This document shows, one piece after another, positions 11,901 to 18,300 of a DNA stretch of 64,000 bases. The position numbers were made by a program, and so were the translations under genes. The notes under the pieces are model-generated. The model was given only the letters and a program-made list of their open reading frames with translations. It did not search any database and was not told the origin of the DNA. Position 1 is the first letter of the stretch. Each line of letters begins with the position of its first letter. Source of the DNA: a virus; the IMG/VR virus record IMGVR_UViG_3300023117_000010, positions 1-64,000 of that record; one strand, written 5' to 3'.

Positions 11901-12614
11901 TTGTTGTTGAGGCCAACGACCAGATTCATCTAAGCCATACGCTTTTTCAGCACAAGAAGGGCAAAGATATTCGCCGCCATTTGTAATATACGCAATTGGG
12001 TCTAAATGACCGCTTAACTTGTTTGATTTATTTAAATTATATATATCTAACATCTCTTGATCTGGATGAACATTTCTATCTTTTTCAAGATGATGTTTTT
12101 TATATTCATCTTTTAATTTTTGGCTAACATATTCTGGAGTTAAGATATATTCAAACAATTCATCTGCTTTATCAACAAGCATTTTTTTTGCTTTAATTGC
12201 CCAGAATTTTGTTACTAAGTCTTGTATGGCATTATCAATTTCAGAAGGGTATTTTTTAATTTCTTCTGAACTTACAATATGTTTAATATTTGAATATTCA
12301 TCATAAATTTTGTAAAAACTATCTTCAAAATGGCCTAAATTTTGTTCAACCCAATTGTCTACTAAATCGTGGAAATCAGAAGTCATTGCATTATAATCAA
12401 AATTCATCATTTCTCTATAAGAAATTAAAAATTTAGTTTCGTACTCGGGGTCATCTTTTTCTGGAAAATTTAAAAAATATTTAAAAAATTTCCAAATTTC
12501 AGGTTCTCTAATTGATGGGTTAAAGTTTCCAACATAGTCGGATACTAAAGACTCTAGATCTATACTAAATTCATTTTTTATTCGTTCAACAACATCATAA
12601 ACTTCTTGGTCCAT
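2904..12614 (-). CDS. Giant 3236 aa acidic modular protein, putative internal head polyprotein
   Basis: Uninterrupted ORF with several families of internal peptide repeats, two CxxC...CxxC zinc fingers and a C-terminal Cys-His-Asp-like domain. Function is inferred. Confidence 0.9.
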   Translation of the reverse strand: MDQEVYDVVERIKNEFSIDLESLVSDYVGNFNPSIREPEIWKFFKYFLNFPEKDDPEYETKFLISYREMMNFDYNAMTSDFHDLVDNWVEQNLGHFEDSFYKIYDEYSNIKHIVSSEEIKKYPSEIDNAIQDLVTKFWAIKAKKMLVDKADELFEYILTPEYVSQKLKDEYKKHHLEKDRNVHPDQEMLDIYNLNKSNKLSGHLDPIAYITNGGEYLCPSCAEKAYGLDESGRWPQQQPDGSPNPIAPWDEWYNYHEDDAPYQMLTCVDCGETVDDFLNESSVDWEDEFGGLDETEIEAKKKSYRQAQKDFYNRWTQEKHNQQRQQEIKDKWEPASWWKGSSSDTDPLIIAEKFAAAFFRISLSDFINEYYQKSFLRYHSDEAAAEETLKFLGYGNPEWFKPFDDFIKWHINNFGNKNIPKNSLLKFKKDAYEIIINKFQSIIENYRINIKKRLNNSNKNISISPEDMSSEEYDIQNNKKRQKNIQDKWEPQSWWKGSARNPDIQERIWSETYDDDDDYDRFFNIMENGQSFDYFVQEINKVIDRMNEEENDAVNLIERKDVDYQELWDQWGFEYQSEQPEPDDMGYIPSNLYDLYNPLPENMETNLGPEATDKNEARKHRKRIIDKWEPADWWKGSKRKRVIAATPELIQEMKDKFYDLEQVIVESYVQQKNKSITVNPTNLRYWEKADIISDLVTDKRLLSNDLFYLEDEVHNFADSFVKRYNIKDEQVVKEKFIEAVEEEIYGIIDRYSRDIYDAIYEDAKRVGKTIASYFMDFDPAEVKSWPIAARLDEIKNIEEGHSNLLEYANMWDFDEVYSFHNAAEVLQEASLNSGYDDWSEGLDEGFRSNISVRKMEDSLGADARHLYEPVDPSREPYLGPEETDENEAKKHRRDIADKWKVDYDRSKGDRLNWATEEDFPKKPWDFTSKTSSPLDSRDEHYVIFKNQDDYGSDICKDCAQKYMQYLKPGDYIDFEGGSYPSLFKDEYPDEDDWWKQCDECGKNINKNWEPTEKEIKKSLHPILDSINDQLANRQYDKQEWLSYFPSAIPKIQKVLNELKKWVDKYPEVQFMEDWFGNKTDIFEYFEKIIETGAKTSEEWDRRQEKANEVLHQEINEDERKKKTEEVKEKWEPEEWWKGSHTKQSNDRINNNFYDPEEYLLAEYANLAGKSLGLNPKNIAYWERAQFLGMYERLKQSLIDEAERYFYNTVPEELRTEENRWEFFEYIEQSVRNLGIEYAQIIEESVNQAGYQEGKYFAEYVMDLSENSVRYWSVKDRIDYLENLKEGKTSLIEDHIYESNAYNELRAATGYIEEGEPNPYIQDPYFLIEEFYLDVDEGFWENIDEERLRAAFSESANISELYNPVPESREPYLGPEATDENEAKKHRRNIADKWKIQTERKPGQKLEWASEDDFPKKRWESKVASDYSTQIQKEIEELAKDVAPYPIDYMDAYKDTAYSDLEFVQDSTYRDAIYVAEDSISEAIWRDIYDYLESPQSGVSPELRELYDNDTDLIYDIEDLAREHVDWEDTNRYFANQAIDEVRGDIFHFVKKIRNDLTNLTNDKIIWLEEDMLLERYLSFEMNSLDFLGFLDEALNGWDDLSDQLNKLISVYEPINNYVYNELNKYAQDLLNDSKVLSLWPTVINNIERFYDPVDSDAEAYLGPKETDENEAKKHRKKIKDKWKIQTLRGSDEPLNWATEEDFPKKPWDFTSKWKIAGGFEDLYTQYYNQLEQNENQTKQLIEKYAFDVVLEDLPSMGSGFTVEKYPDRMEVVPNQLKMERLHDSWIDFTNHQKLLESLFPDWKKSYYSFSETRIIAIEEFINNKMPDLLQKMESMYNYISQGRLSGESDDEIRAGYEKHFQTKVSAMPNQFLPRLYHTMIENLKKTATFDWESEATVFEKVKVAYEILYNWYDYIDEIKEESGYNGPAYDLDSFIQDAFIDIFTPIFESLMYIDDDEIHSQFEIMHNNVRQTAFGGPYAINNALYEVYTETGYELDHQDHPKWTPSDIVDFYENKPERNEQEEEELRRYKNLDKWEPESWWKGSKRKIVAADEWDEEEEEEEEKDIRDWSEIDWMILQEVQTIDGDSIVTSFLEDYDWEDIVFEQLVPLGVWSDEAIFKKYVNSLVNNSNPEENLAIEWATEEAGRWFEYFVETAIDFYINIEDQLTTEEYEEHWADIEDTIRQYLWDEAHDYTGELERRAEIEINHVLGGYNIAEAFFEKWKEQRQREQNDRNIHPDQEMMDLYNVKGELPEPEPASPSPQVVDWMRQQSKTASQYENWSTPETEILVEQILSDSRILRPSIKTMEKIVRQGGSVQDLANWMIENVLNPYNQGIAQNWENISDEQDVEAQKNELRKTWKQQARKQFPFSLQKQKQYVQEMEQMQFGFFGEPEPEDIERYLLKVENINWQEIYDWVKEDLQYRGKIASHDDYTDSTKQIINKIIEEVPVLLPQRAGWEASRILKAWIDRYNTDRLNKHYDKEKKVWLDDDGEIISPLNTYEEKMIHFHQTEENRLINKNQLGLGIEQLRTMADNVLKDEVYWVGSFKTELQWLILDRIEYYMLELGYLEKKIILKDIFDITNTKENELIYNNAFYKAWDETFKEETSSKLSKWKIISSDWDEEEAQIDFLLNDHEDQVIEESEDLKSSKNALVADNIRFQGVVNGFHNAQTALARINYNELNKSDDYVEPDRHYNPNQLELFRERLRNNFEPIIVGEGVRIIVKNYTHFFEKTDIPNDDWEKFWEILEQSYKAGWEYGIVHNYIDFNKLNNKEIINIAKKTSSHGQRQMAIGDEVAETTFEGIPDSIEEDDKPEEKVINNKKWKIVRPKHNPQPAEYARPKGQWGMYSKTAMFENSEFTDSFVREKLIPARKSLPEVTKKEAIRKAKQIWEQFENHPFGNAIPGSSNEQLKYLVDDIDLSSSGITQETLNNRFYDPNQVDIFREKRLKQLFEKGISIEKFYIYYLLQIAKEALWNHLFNNTMPVYEMDQAEKELMNSLSNDDKNNLYLIFKNTYHEEFKRLFNGNKTSANKKDAWEAVLDGEMGHDILTTGSWEEVKKQTLKWLKQLKDGYINKENPHDNEKIDSEAKEQDGHAMEDLKLYEEKKRWSFHFDHGKHPYDLIIQPVGYKESNNNWRHGDCDLFAIKKHQETGWPIYKIAEGPNDGAWHFFLINPETGEGLDGDGLRPVEEILQEHDPDFNPEYEELGIYPDVFESSLKEAINYRKGYKESKLKEICV
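6485..11625 (-). repeat. Five dispersed coding repeats (D/E)KWEPxxWWKGS
   Basis: Copies at about 11595-11625, 11122-11156, 10705-10740, 9200-9232 and 6485-6520. Confidence 0.9.
7479..10832 (-). repeat. Four dispersed coding repeats (L/F)YxP...LGPxxTDxNEAxKHRxxIxDKW, three extended by LxWA(T/S)ExDFPKKxW
   Basis: Copies at about 10731-10832, 9834-10021, 8352-8538 and 7479-7671. Confidence 0.9.
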
Positions 12615-12655
12615 AAAAAACCCCCAAATCCTATTTATTAAGGGTCTGAGGGTTT
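12615..12655 (-). terminator. Intrinsic terminator-like hairpin abutting the giant gene start, with TAATAAAT in the loop
   Basis: Minus strand aaaccctcagaccct-taataaat-aggatttgggggttt-ttt-ATG; 14 of 15 pairs including G-U; U-tract. Confidence 0.65.
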
Positions 12656-12803
12656 AAGCAAATAAGTGAGAAATTATACATCTTCTGGCTTTTTACCGGG
12701 ATTTTTAGAACATGCTCTAACCCACCAATCGGGTGGTGGATGAATCGCTCTATTTCTTTTTTCAATATCTGGTTCTTGAGGATCTACAGTAAGTACATAT
12801 TCA

Positions 12804-13253
12804 TTATATTGTCTGTAGAACTCTATCTGTTCTGGGGTCAGGCCAGTAGTATGGCACATCGGCGGATACTCCTTCAAATAGTGGACTGTAATAATCTGGA
12901 TCTTTACGAATAAGATTAGATTGATGAGAAATGTGAAGCCGCTCGTCGCCTAGCCACGGAGGGAGGACGATATATTCATTAGCAGGCATACGCTCAAGAA
13001 ACCATGCTAGTTGCGTATCATTATAGCCACGCTGAATCCACTCAGAACAAATAGCAGCGCCATACATAGCAAGAGCAGGCTCGTAGCCGCGCCACATATT
13101 AACAGCAGGGTGATTTTTCCAGCCCTTAGCCTCATCACCGCGATCAATAGTAAGAAGGATCTGCTTGGCTTCAACACGCTGCTTGCCTAGCCTACGCCAG
13201 TCAAGTACAGCAGCAGTGTCATAAAAATTGGAATGTGGAAGAAATGTTTGCAT
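12804..13253 (-). CDS. MSMEG_6728 family / pyrimidine-dimer DNA glycosylase (DenV-like) protein
   Basis: MQTFLP...LDWRRLGKQRVEAKQI...HPAVNMWRG...PPWLG...HISHQSNLIRKDP signature. Confidence 0.85.
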   Translation of the reverse strand: MQTFLPHSNFYDTAAVLDWRRLGKQRVEAKQILLTIDRGDEAKGWKNHPAVNMWRGYEPALAMYGAAICSEWIQRGYNDTQLAWFLERMPANEYIVLPPWLGDERLHISHQSNLIRKDPDYYSPLFEGVSADVPYYWPDPRTDRVLQTI

Positions 13254-13262
13254 ACACCTATC

Positions 13263-13556
13263 CTATAGGAATCTTAAATCTTTTTCAATATTATTTTTAT
13301 TTTCTAGATCTTTAACAATTTGACGCTTAAGGGCAACATTAATCTCTTTAAGGCGTCGGATTTCATAAACTAACTTTGCAACATCTTTAGCGGCATCTTC
13401 AAAAAACAAAATATCAGATTGCCGCATATTTTTTTCATCTTTTCTAGATACTAGCAGATATCGTGCATCTTGTGAAATATCTATGCTCCAAGAAGCAGGA
13501 GTTATGGCTTGAATTTTTTCGCTAATTGCATCTAAATCATTTTCAATCATCTTCAT
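13263..13556 (-). CDS. Hypothetical phage protein (Ead/Ea22-like motif)
   Basis: ITPASW...DILFF...A.KDV..LV.EIRRL pattern; operon context. Confidence 0.6.
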   Translation of the reverse strand: MKMIENDLDAISEKIQAITPASWSIDISQDARYLLVSRKDEKNMRQSDILFFEDAAKDVAKLVYEIRRLKEINVALKRQIVKDLENKNNIEKDLRFL

Positions 13557-13848
13557 CCTCTTCTTCCATAAGTTTTTCTAGTTGATCTAACTCTTCATCC
13601 ACCAAAAGGAAGTCGTCAAGAGCCATTTGATAAATTGTAAGTTCTTCGTCATCTCTAATTTCTTCAAAAAGAACATCAAGTATTTCTGCTGCTTCTTGTG
13701 CTTTTATCTCAGAAAAAGAAGCATATACAATGCTTTCTTTAGTCGTAACTAAGAAAATATCATTATCATCGTCTGGATCATTAAAAATCGTATAACCGCT
13801 AAATAATGATGACACTTTATCTCCCAACTTTTGGCGGTTTACTATCAA
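13543..13848 (-). CDS. Hypothetical acidic protein
   Basis: ORF overlapping both neighbours in a minus-strand operon. Confidence 0.65.
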   Translation of the reverse strand: MIVNRQKLGDKVSSLFSGYTIFNDPDDDNDIFLVTTKESIVYASFSEIKAQEAAEILDVLFEEIRDDEELTIYQMALDDFLLVDEELDQLEKLMEEEDEDD

Positions 13849-14119
13849 ACACTAATCTCATAAAATCAGTTCCTTCTTCAGAAATAATCCATTCAAAAAG
13901 GAAATTTTTAAGATTTTCTTTAATATCTAGTTCTAAGTCTATGTTATTAACATGAACATAAACAGGACTTACTCTGTGTTTAGATTCAGAAATACACACA
14001 TAATCGTCGTCCTCTACATATTTTGCCCGGATTCTTAAATCATCTCTTCCAGACTTTATATGTATTTCAACTAAATATGTATACAAAACCTCTTCAATAC
14101 TCATTTCAAACATATTCAT
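13817..14119 (-). CDS. Hypothetical protein
   Basis: ORF with AGGA RBS; operon context. Confidence 0.65.
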   Translation of the reverse strand: MNMFEMSIEEVLYTYLVEIHIKSGRDDLRIRAKYVEDDDYVCISESKHRVSPVYVHVNNIDLELDIKENLKNFLFEWIISEEGTDFMRLVFDSKPPKVGR

Positions 14120-14147
14120 ATATCCTACTTTACCATACTTTTATTTA

Positions 14148-14327
14148 TTAATCCAACTTAGGGAAAAACCAACCAAACACAGCCGCACATAACGTAGCAA
14201 TAGCAGCAGCAACAGTATCGGGCACAAATACACCTGTAAGAGTTATTATCCAAATAAGAATGGTTCCGATTGCTCCACCGACAGCAGTTGCCCCTACCGT
14301 TGTCCTTGGCCCGTTTCTTTTCTTCAT
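14148..14327 (-). CDS. 59 aa two-TM holin-like membrane protein (not in ORF track)
   Basis: MKKRNGPRTTVGATAVGGAIGTILIWIITLTGVFVPDTVAAAIATLCAAVFGWFFPKLD; GGAGAGG RBS. Confidence 0.7.
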   Translation of the reverse strand: MKKRNGPRTTVGATAVGGAIGTILIWIITLTGVFVPDTVAAAIATLCAAVFGWFFPKLD

Positions 14328-14328
14328 A

Positions 14329-14368
14329 ATAAAACCCTCTCCCCATATTATGTCACGGAGAGAGGGTT
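14329..14368 (-). terminator. Terminator-like hairpin covering the RBS of the holin-like gene
   Basis: Minus strand aaccctctctcc-gtgacataatat-ggggagagggtt-ttatt-ATG. Confidence 0.55.
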
Positions 14369-14371
14369 CTA

Positions 14372-14599
14372 TTAATCTTTTGATAGAAGATATCTATAAA
14401 CAAGTCTAAATATTGGCTCAATTAGCATTGTCATTAAAAATCCTACTACCATAATAATCATTCCAATGACAAAGAAAATTGTTGCTAATTCAACGTTTAT
14501 GATTAGCACCAACAATGATCCGAGAAGTATTATCCAGCCAATTAAACAAATCATTATAGAAATCATAGTTGAGTAATCAATAATATCATCTATCTTCAT
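14372..14599 (-). CDS. Small two-TM membrane protein
   Basis: Two long hydrophobic stretches; AGGA RBS. Confidence 0.7.
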   Translation of the reverse strand: MKIDDIIDYSTMISIMICLIGWIILLGSLLVLIINVELATIFFVIGMIIMVVGFLMTMLIEPIFRLVYRYLLSKD

Positions 14600-14615
14600 A
14601 TTATCCTAACTTATT

Positions 14616-15101
14616 TTAATAGAAACAACGATGTGCGCCCCATGCCGTAATGCCGAATCTATCACGAATCGCATCACCTACAAGGATAGTTTCCCACTTA
14701 TCGCCACTCCACAGTTTGTATGGGCTACGAGCAGTATACCATGTGGATTTATAAATGCCCAAACCACCGCCCCATGTGGGTCCAGAATGTGACCAATTTA
14801 CTCCATCCTTATACTTGGAATATCCGGGCTGTTCGCATCTTCCTAATCTGACAAACCCTTTCCAGTCAGGAACTCGCTTTGCAACATCTGCCTTAGTAGG
14901 ATTGGGAGGAAACTTCATATTATCCCTCGCCCTTTGCTTCTTATAAGCCTTAAGGCATTGCTTTTTAGTTACCTTTGTCTCCGAAGTGTGCTTTAAGCAT
15001 GGCTTCGCAGTCGCGGGAGAAGCGAATCCCCCTGAGAATGCCACTAATCCCACTAGTATCATGGAAATAACGGCAAATTTGGTTCTTAGATTGGAAACAA
15101 T
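14616..15101 (-). CDS. Secreted resuscitation-promoting-factor-like (Rpf) lytic transglycosylase
   Basis: Signal peptide ending PATA; Rpf core W...LGRCE...NWS...GGGLGI...TW...E.I.V...I....GITAW...C. Start uncertain (ATT 15101 or ATG 15062). Confidence 0.75.
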   Translation of the reverse strand: MVSNLRTKFAVISMILVGLVAFSGGFASPATAKPCLKHTSETKVTKKQCLKAYKKQRARDNMKFPPNPTKADVAKRVPDWKGFVRLGRCEQPGYSKYKDGVNWSHSGPTWGGGLGIYKSTWYTARSPYKLWSGDKWETILVGDAIRDRFGITAWGAHRCFY

Positions 15102-15166
15102 AACATCATTCCTTTCGTCGGTTTACCGCATACGCCCCGCCCGCAGTCGCGCAAAAAATACTTTTT

Positions 15167-15183
15167 GTTACAAATTTGTTACA
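15167..15183 (-). promoter_or_regulatory. Direct repeat TGTAAC-N5-TGTAAC, OmpR/PhoB-family-type box upstream of the rpf-like gene
   Basis: Perfect hexamer direct repeat with 11-bp period in the intergenic region. Confidence 0.5.
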
Positions 15184-15203
15184 AAGTATTGCACGATCAT
15201 GGA

Positions 15204-15416
15204 TTATAGATTCTTTCCCCACTTCCAACCTCTATCATATCCATATATTTTTGATATATAGACATTTGGCTGGAATGACTCGTATGCCTTGCCTATTCGT
15301 ATGAACCCGAATGGCACATGAATCTCTATATTAGGAGTTCGCAAGTCAATATGGAATCCTAAACTTATATGATATGGACTAACTAAGAAAAAATATGCTA
15401 CCCATTTTAAGCCCAT
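15204..15416 (-). CDS. Hypothetical protein
   Basis: ORF in minus-strand operon. Confidence 0.55.
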   Translation of the reverse strand: MGLKWVAYFFLVSPYHISLGFHIDLRTPNIEIHVPFGFIRIGKAYESFQPNVYISKIYGYDRGWKWGKNL

Positions 15417-15420
15417 AGAA

Positions 15421-15819
15421 TTAAAAAGGATAGCCCTCTACGATAACATCCTCATTATTGATAAAGAAATCCCGTAGAATCCTTCTCACGGAGCCAGAGA
15501 CAGTGTTGTAGACATTCACTTCATCTCTCCCAATTTCCTCCATTAGCAGAAGAGCATCATGGCGACACATATTGATATTGACGCGACCATCACTATTACT
15601 GACGCTAATAGTATAATCTGCTGGATTGCTTTCCTTTGCTTCCATAATCTTATCTGTCCTCTCATCTTTTACAGTATTAATAAATTCATCCCAATACTCG
15701 TCGTCGCCCTTATTTCGATCATTAAGAACGGCGTCTGTATTGCTAAACATCTTATCATAATACTTAGTCATATTTTTAGTTTCAACAGGAGAAGTGTACG
15801 GAGGAATATAATCTTCCAT
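15421..15819 (-). CDS. Hypothetical protein
   Basis: ORF coupled to the upstream gene by TAATG overlap. Confidence 0.7.
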   Translation of the reverse strand: MEDYIPPYTSPVETKNMTKYYDKMFSNTDAVLNDRNKGDDEYWDEFINTVKDERTDKIMEAKESNPADYTISVSNSDGRVNINMCRHDALLLMEEIGRDEVNVYNTVSGSVRRILRDFFINNEDVIVEGYPF

Positions 15820-16013
15820 TATGCAATTCTCTTAAGATTATAGATTTGAATATCTTGAATATAAGCAGCATCATTAAGATTAATTTCACCGGAAGCAACC
15901 TTATTGATAAGATCCTGCTTTGCAGCGTCAATTGCAGAGGGATCATCTGATACACCTTCTGCGCTTACATTGACCGACAGAACAATATCTGCCACTGCAC
16001 GATAATCTGCCAT
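15819..16013 (-). CDS. Hypothetical protein
   Basis: Likely start MADYRAV at 16013 after GAAAGG RBS. Confidence 0.65.
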   Translation of the reverse strand: MADYRAVADIVLSVNVSAEGVSDDPSAIDAAKQDLINKVASGEINLNDAAYIQDIQIYNLKRIA

Positions 16014-16089
16014 ATTTAATCCTTTCATTTTAGAAATAATATCACTGCTATTATTATAGCATAACAGATGATGACAGTATAGAGAAAAC

Positions 16090-16404
16090 TCATTTTCTAC
16101 TAAATAGCGATCCCAGCCAAGCAAAAAAGACCCAGATGGGATACGTCACCATCATGAGGAACGCTACAGCCCACATGAGTATAGCACCAACGATCATGAA
16201 TCCCCCAGCCAAAACAATGGCAAAGACCAATCCCCATACAAACAGATAGCCACCCATATAGAGAAGTCCCATGATGGAATTCCAATATTCACTATGCCAA
16301 TCCTCATCCTCAGCAGGCGAATTAGCCTTTTTCTCCAATTCGACCTTAGCAGGCATTTGAATACTATTTTGGCTACGAAGTGATACCAACTCCTTGTAGT
16401 CCAT
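16090..16404 (-). CDS. Membrane protein
   Basis: AGGAGG RBS; hydrophobic C-terminal half. Confidence 0.75.
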   Translation of the reverse strand: MDYKELVSLRSQNSIQMPAKVELEKKANSPAEDEDWHSEYWNSIMGLLYMGGYLFVWGLVFAIVLAGGFMIVGAILMWAVAFLMMVTYPIWVFFAWLGSLFSRK

Positions 16405-16413
16405 ATATTCCTC

Positions 16414-16497
16414 CTATTTACCCATTACATTGAATAATACCCAACAGGATATAAGCATAGCACATATCCATATACCTAATGCTATTCCCATAATCAT
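16414..16497 (-). CDS. 27 aa single-TM peptide (not in ORF track)
   Basis: MIMGIALGIWICAMLISCWVLFNVMGK after AGGAAAGGA RBS; first ORF downstream of the leftward promoter. Confidence 0.5.
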   Translation of the reverse strand: MIMGIALGIWICAMLISCWVLFNVMGK

Positions 16498-16522
16498 TCT
16501 TATATTCCTTTCCTATTATATA

Positions 16523-16552
16523 TTTATAACATATATATATAAGCAAAGTCAA
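16523..16552 (-). promoter_or_regulatory. Sigma70-type promoter for the leftward operon
   Basis: TTGACT-18 bp-TATAAA with extended TG. Confidence 0.55.
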
Positions 16553-16559
16553 ATTTAAA

Positions 16560-17640
16560 AAATGCTTTGCGTTTTAAAAAGCATGGGACTCCTAACTTAT
16601 ATCACATCTTGGTCTAAACAGATAGGGGGGGGTATCAACGAGAATGAACGAAGTTTGAAAAATACTCTACAGATTTGAAGGGAGGGGGACTCCTACCCCC
16701 CAGATGGGTTCCCTAAATGTAAATATGATATGGGGGGAGGGGGGTGCCCCTTGTGTATATCCAGAGAGTATGATAGGGGGCACAACTTGACGGCACAACT
16801 ACTTGGCCCTTATCACATAAGTAATATAGATGCAACTTACATATGCGGCACTACACTTGGCTACATATATGTATGTATTAGTGCTTGACATATGGGGATT
16901 CATGTAGTAGCGCACACATAAGTCCCCACTTATATCAACATTTGCCCCACATAACCCCCATTCATACATACACTTATATTACATCTATCCCCTCTATTCA
17001 TGCGGGAATACAGGTATTTGAGTTATATGTAAGTAGTGACGCATCCATGACGATTGTATTCAGTATGTTGTAAGTATGTGACATATCTATATATGTTCTA
17101 TTTGTTATGGATTCTTTATGGATTTATTAGGGCCGCGCCGTGGGTATCCCCTCATACTTTCATCATACTTGTAAGGATTGTATGAGGGCCGAGAGAATGT
17201 GATGGAAGTATTAGAGAAGGCTGAACTATTTGTGAGATTGTGATTCTGTGTTGGGGTTTGGTGAAATGTCGGTATTTGCGAACTTATCCATTTCCCAACA
17301 TGGCTAGAGAAAGTGTGCGATTTGCAGGAGGTTTGTGGGCGCTTAGATGTTATCGCAATGTAAGAACGCACAGGAAGCCTTCTATGCCCTGTTACAAGCG
17401 TTCTAGGTGTCCTTATACCTAGAGATTCCAGAATGTTGGTGTGAGCAGGCATTCTTCATACCTTTGTAAAGAGGATAAGCACCCCTTAGATTGGCTTAGA
17501 GTGATTGAGGGGCCGCTTGTGCGAATCCCGCACAAAGAGATTGAGGAAGCGGTTTACTGAACCTTCATTTGACATAGAGATTCAGATGTAGTATTTGCGC
17601 GAGTGCGTGCGCCTGTACGCGCGGATATGTTGTGGCTCAA
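16560..17640. other. About 1.1 kb non-coding strand-switch region (candidate genome terminus or packaging region)
   Basis: No credible ORFs; G-runs, repeated GGGACTCCTA and CACAACTT; transcription diverges on either side. Confidence 0.5.
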
Positions 17641-17644
17641 TCCT

Positions 17645-17698
17645 CTAACAAAGTCTTTACACGATACCCCTTGTGCAGAGAATCGAAAGGAGTAGTCT
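17645..17698 (+). promoter_or_regulatory. Early promoter P1 with upstream CTAACA-N5-TTTACA box
   Basis: ctaacaaagtctttaca...TTGTGC-16-TAGTCT. Confidence 0.65.
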
Positions 17699-17737
17699 CC
17701 CCGGCGTGGCAAGCAGACCCACTAAGGAGAATGACTG

Positions 17738-17977
17738 ATGGATAAAAACATGCTGAACGACCGGCGTTCCGGTGTGACTAAGTTTGTGGAGGTTCCCTGT
17801 TCGGTGAATCCTCCGCAGCGTGGCGAGACTATCGTTCAGTCTCGCGGCACCGGCACCCGTTGGTTCCATGACCCGTCGCACCGGAGTTGGCACCTGATTT
17901 CCTCGTGCCCCCGGTGTGGTAACATCCACCGCCCCGCAGGAGTCAAGGACACCCGTATCAAGAAGGAGAACGACTGA
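17738..17977 (+). CDS. Small early protein with CxxC
   Basis: AAGGAG RBS; first gene after P1. Confidence 0.75.
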   Translation: MDKNMLNDRRSGVTKFVEVPCSVNPPQRGETIVQSRGTGTRWFHDPSHRSWHLISSCPRCGNIHRPAGVKDTRIKKEND

Positions 17978-18117
17978 TGATTGACATTCTCACCCGCATC
18001 TACGGCAAGGGCTTTGTGTTCCTCGCTCCGTGGTATCTTGACAAGCCTGCGGGTTACATTACCCGTCGTGGATACCACCGCAGCATCATGTATTCGATTC
18101 AGAAGGAGAACGACTGA
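17977..18117 (+). CDS. 46 aa early protein (not in ORF track)
   Basis: MIDILTRIYGKGFVFLAPWYLDKPAGYITRRGYHRSIMYSIQKEND; junction motif at both ends. Confidence 0.7.
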   Translation: MIDILTRIYGKGFVFLAPWYLDKPAGYITRRGYHRSIMYSIQKEND

Positions 18118-18287
18118 TGGAGATTCGCCCCGGCGACATTGTGCTGGTTATGGTCCACGACCGCGAGGTTTGGGCTAGGGTTGATTGGACTGACGGTTTC
18201 CACTACCTTGATGTGGAGCCGCTTACGGGAGTCCTTGCAGAGACTTCCATCGTGTGCAAGACTGACGACGTAATCACAATCGGTTAG
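18117..18287 (+). CDS. 56 aa SH3/KOW-like early protein (not in ORF track)
   Basis: MEIRPGDIVLVMVHDREVWARVDW...; junction motif with RBS. Confidence 0.7.
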   Translation: MEIRPGDIVLVMVHDREVWARVDWTDGFHYLDVEPLTGVLAETSIVCKTDDVITIG

Positions 18288-18300
18288 GAGAGAACCGAGA

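Noticed and set aside
16885-17452. ORFs in the divergence region
   Set aside because: Low-complexity translations without RBS; treated as non-coding
18038-18060. TTGACA...TACATT as a fifth early promoter
   Set aside because: Spacer is only 11 bp, no upstream box, and it lies inside a coding sequence
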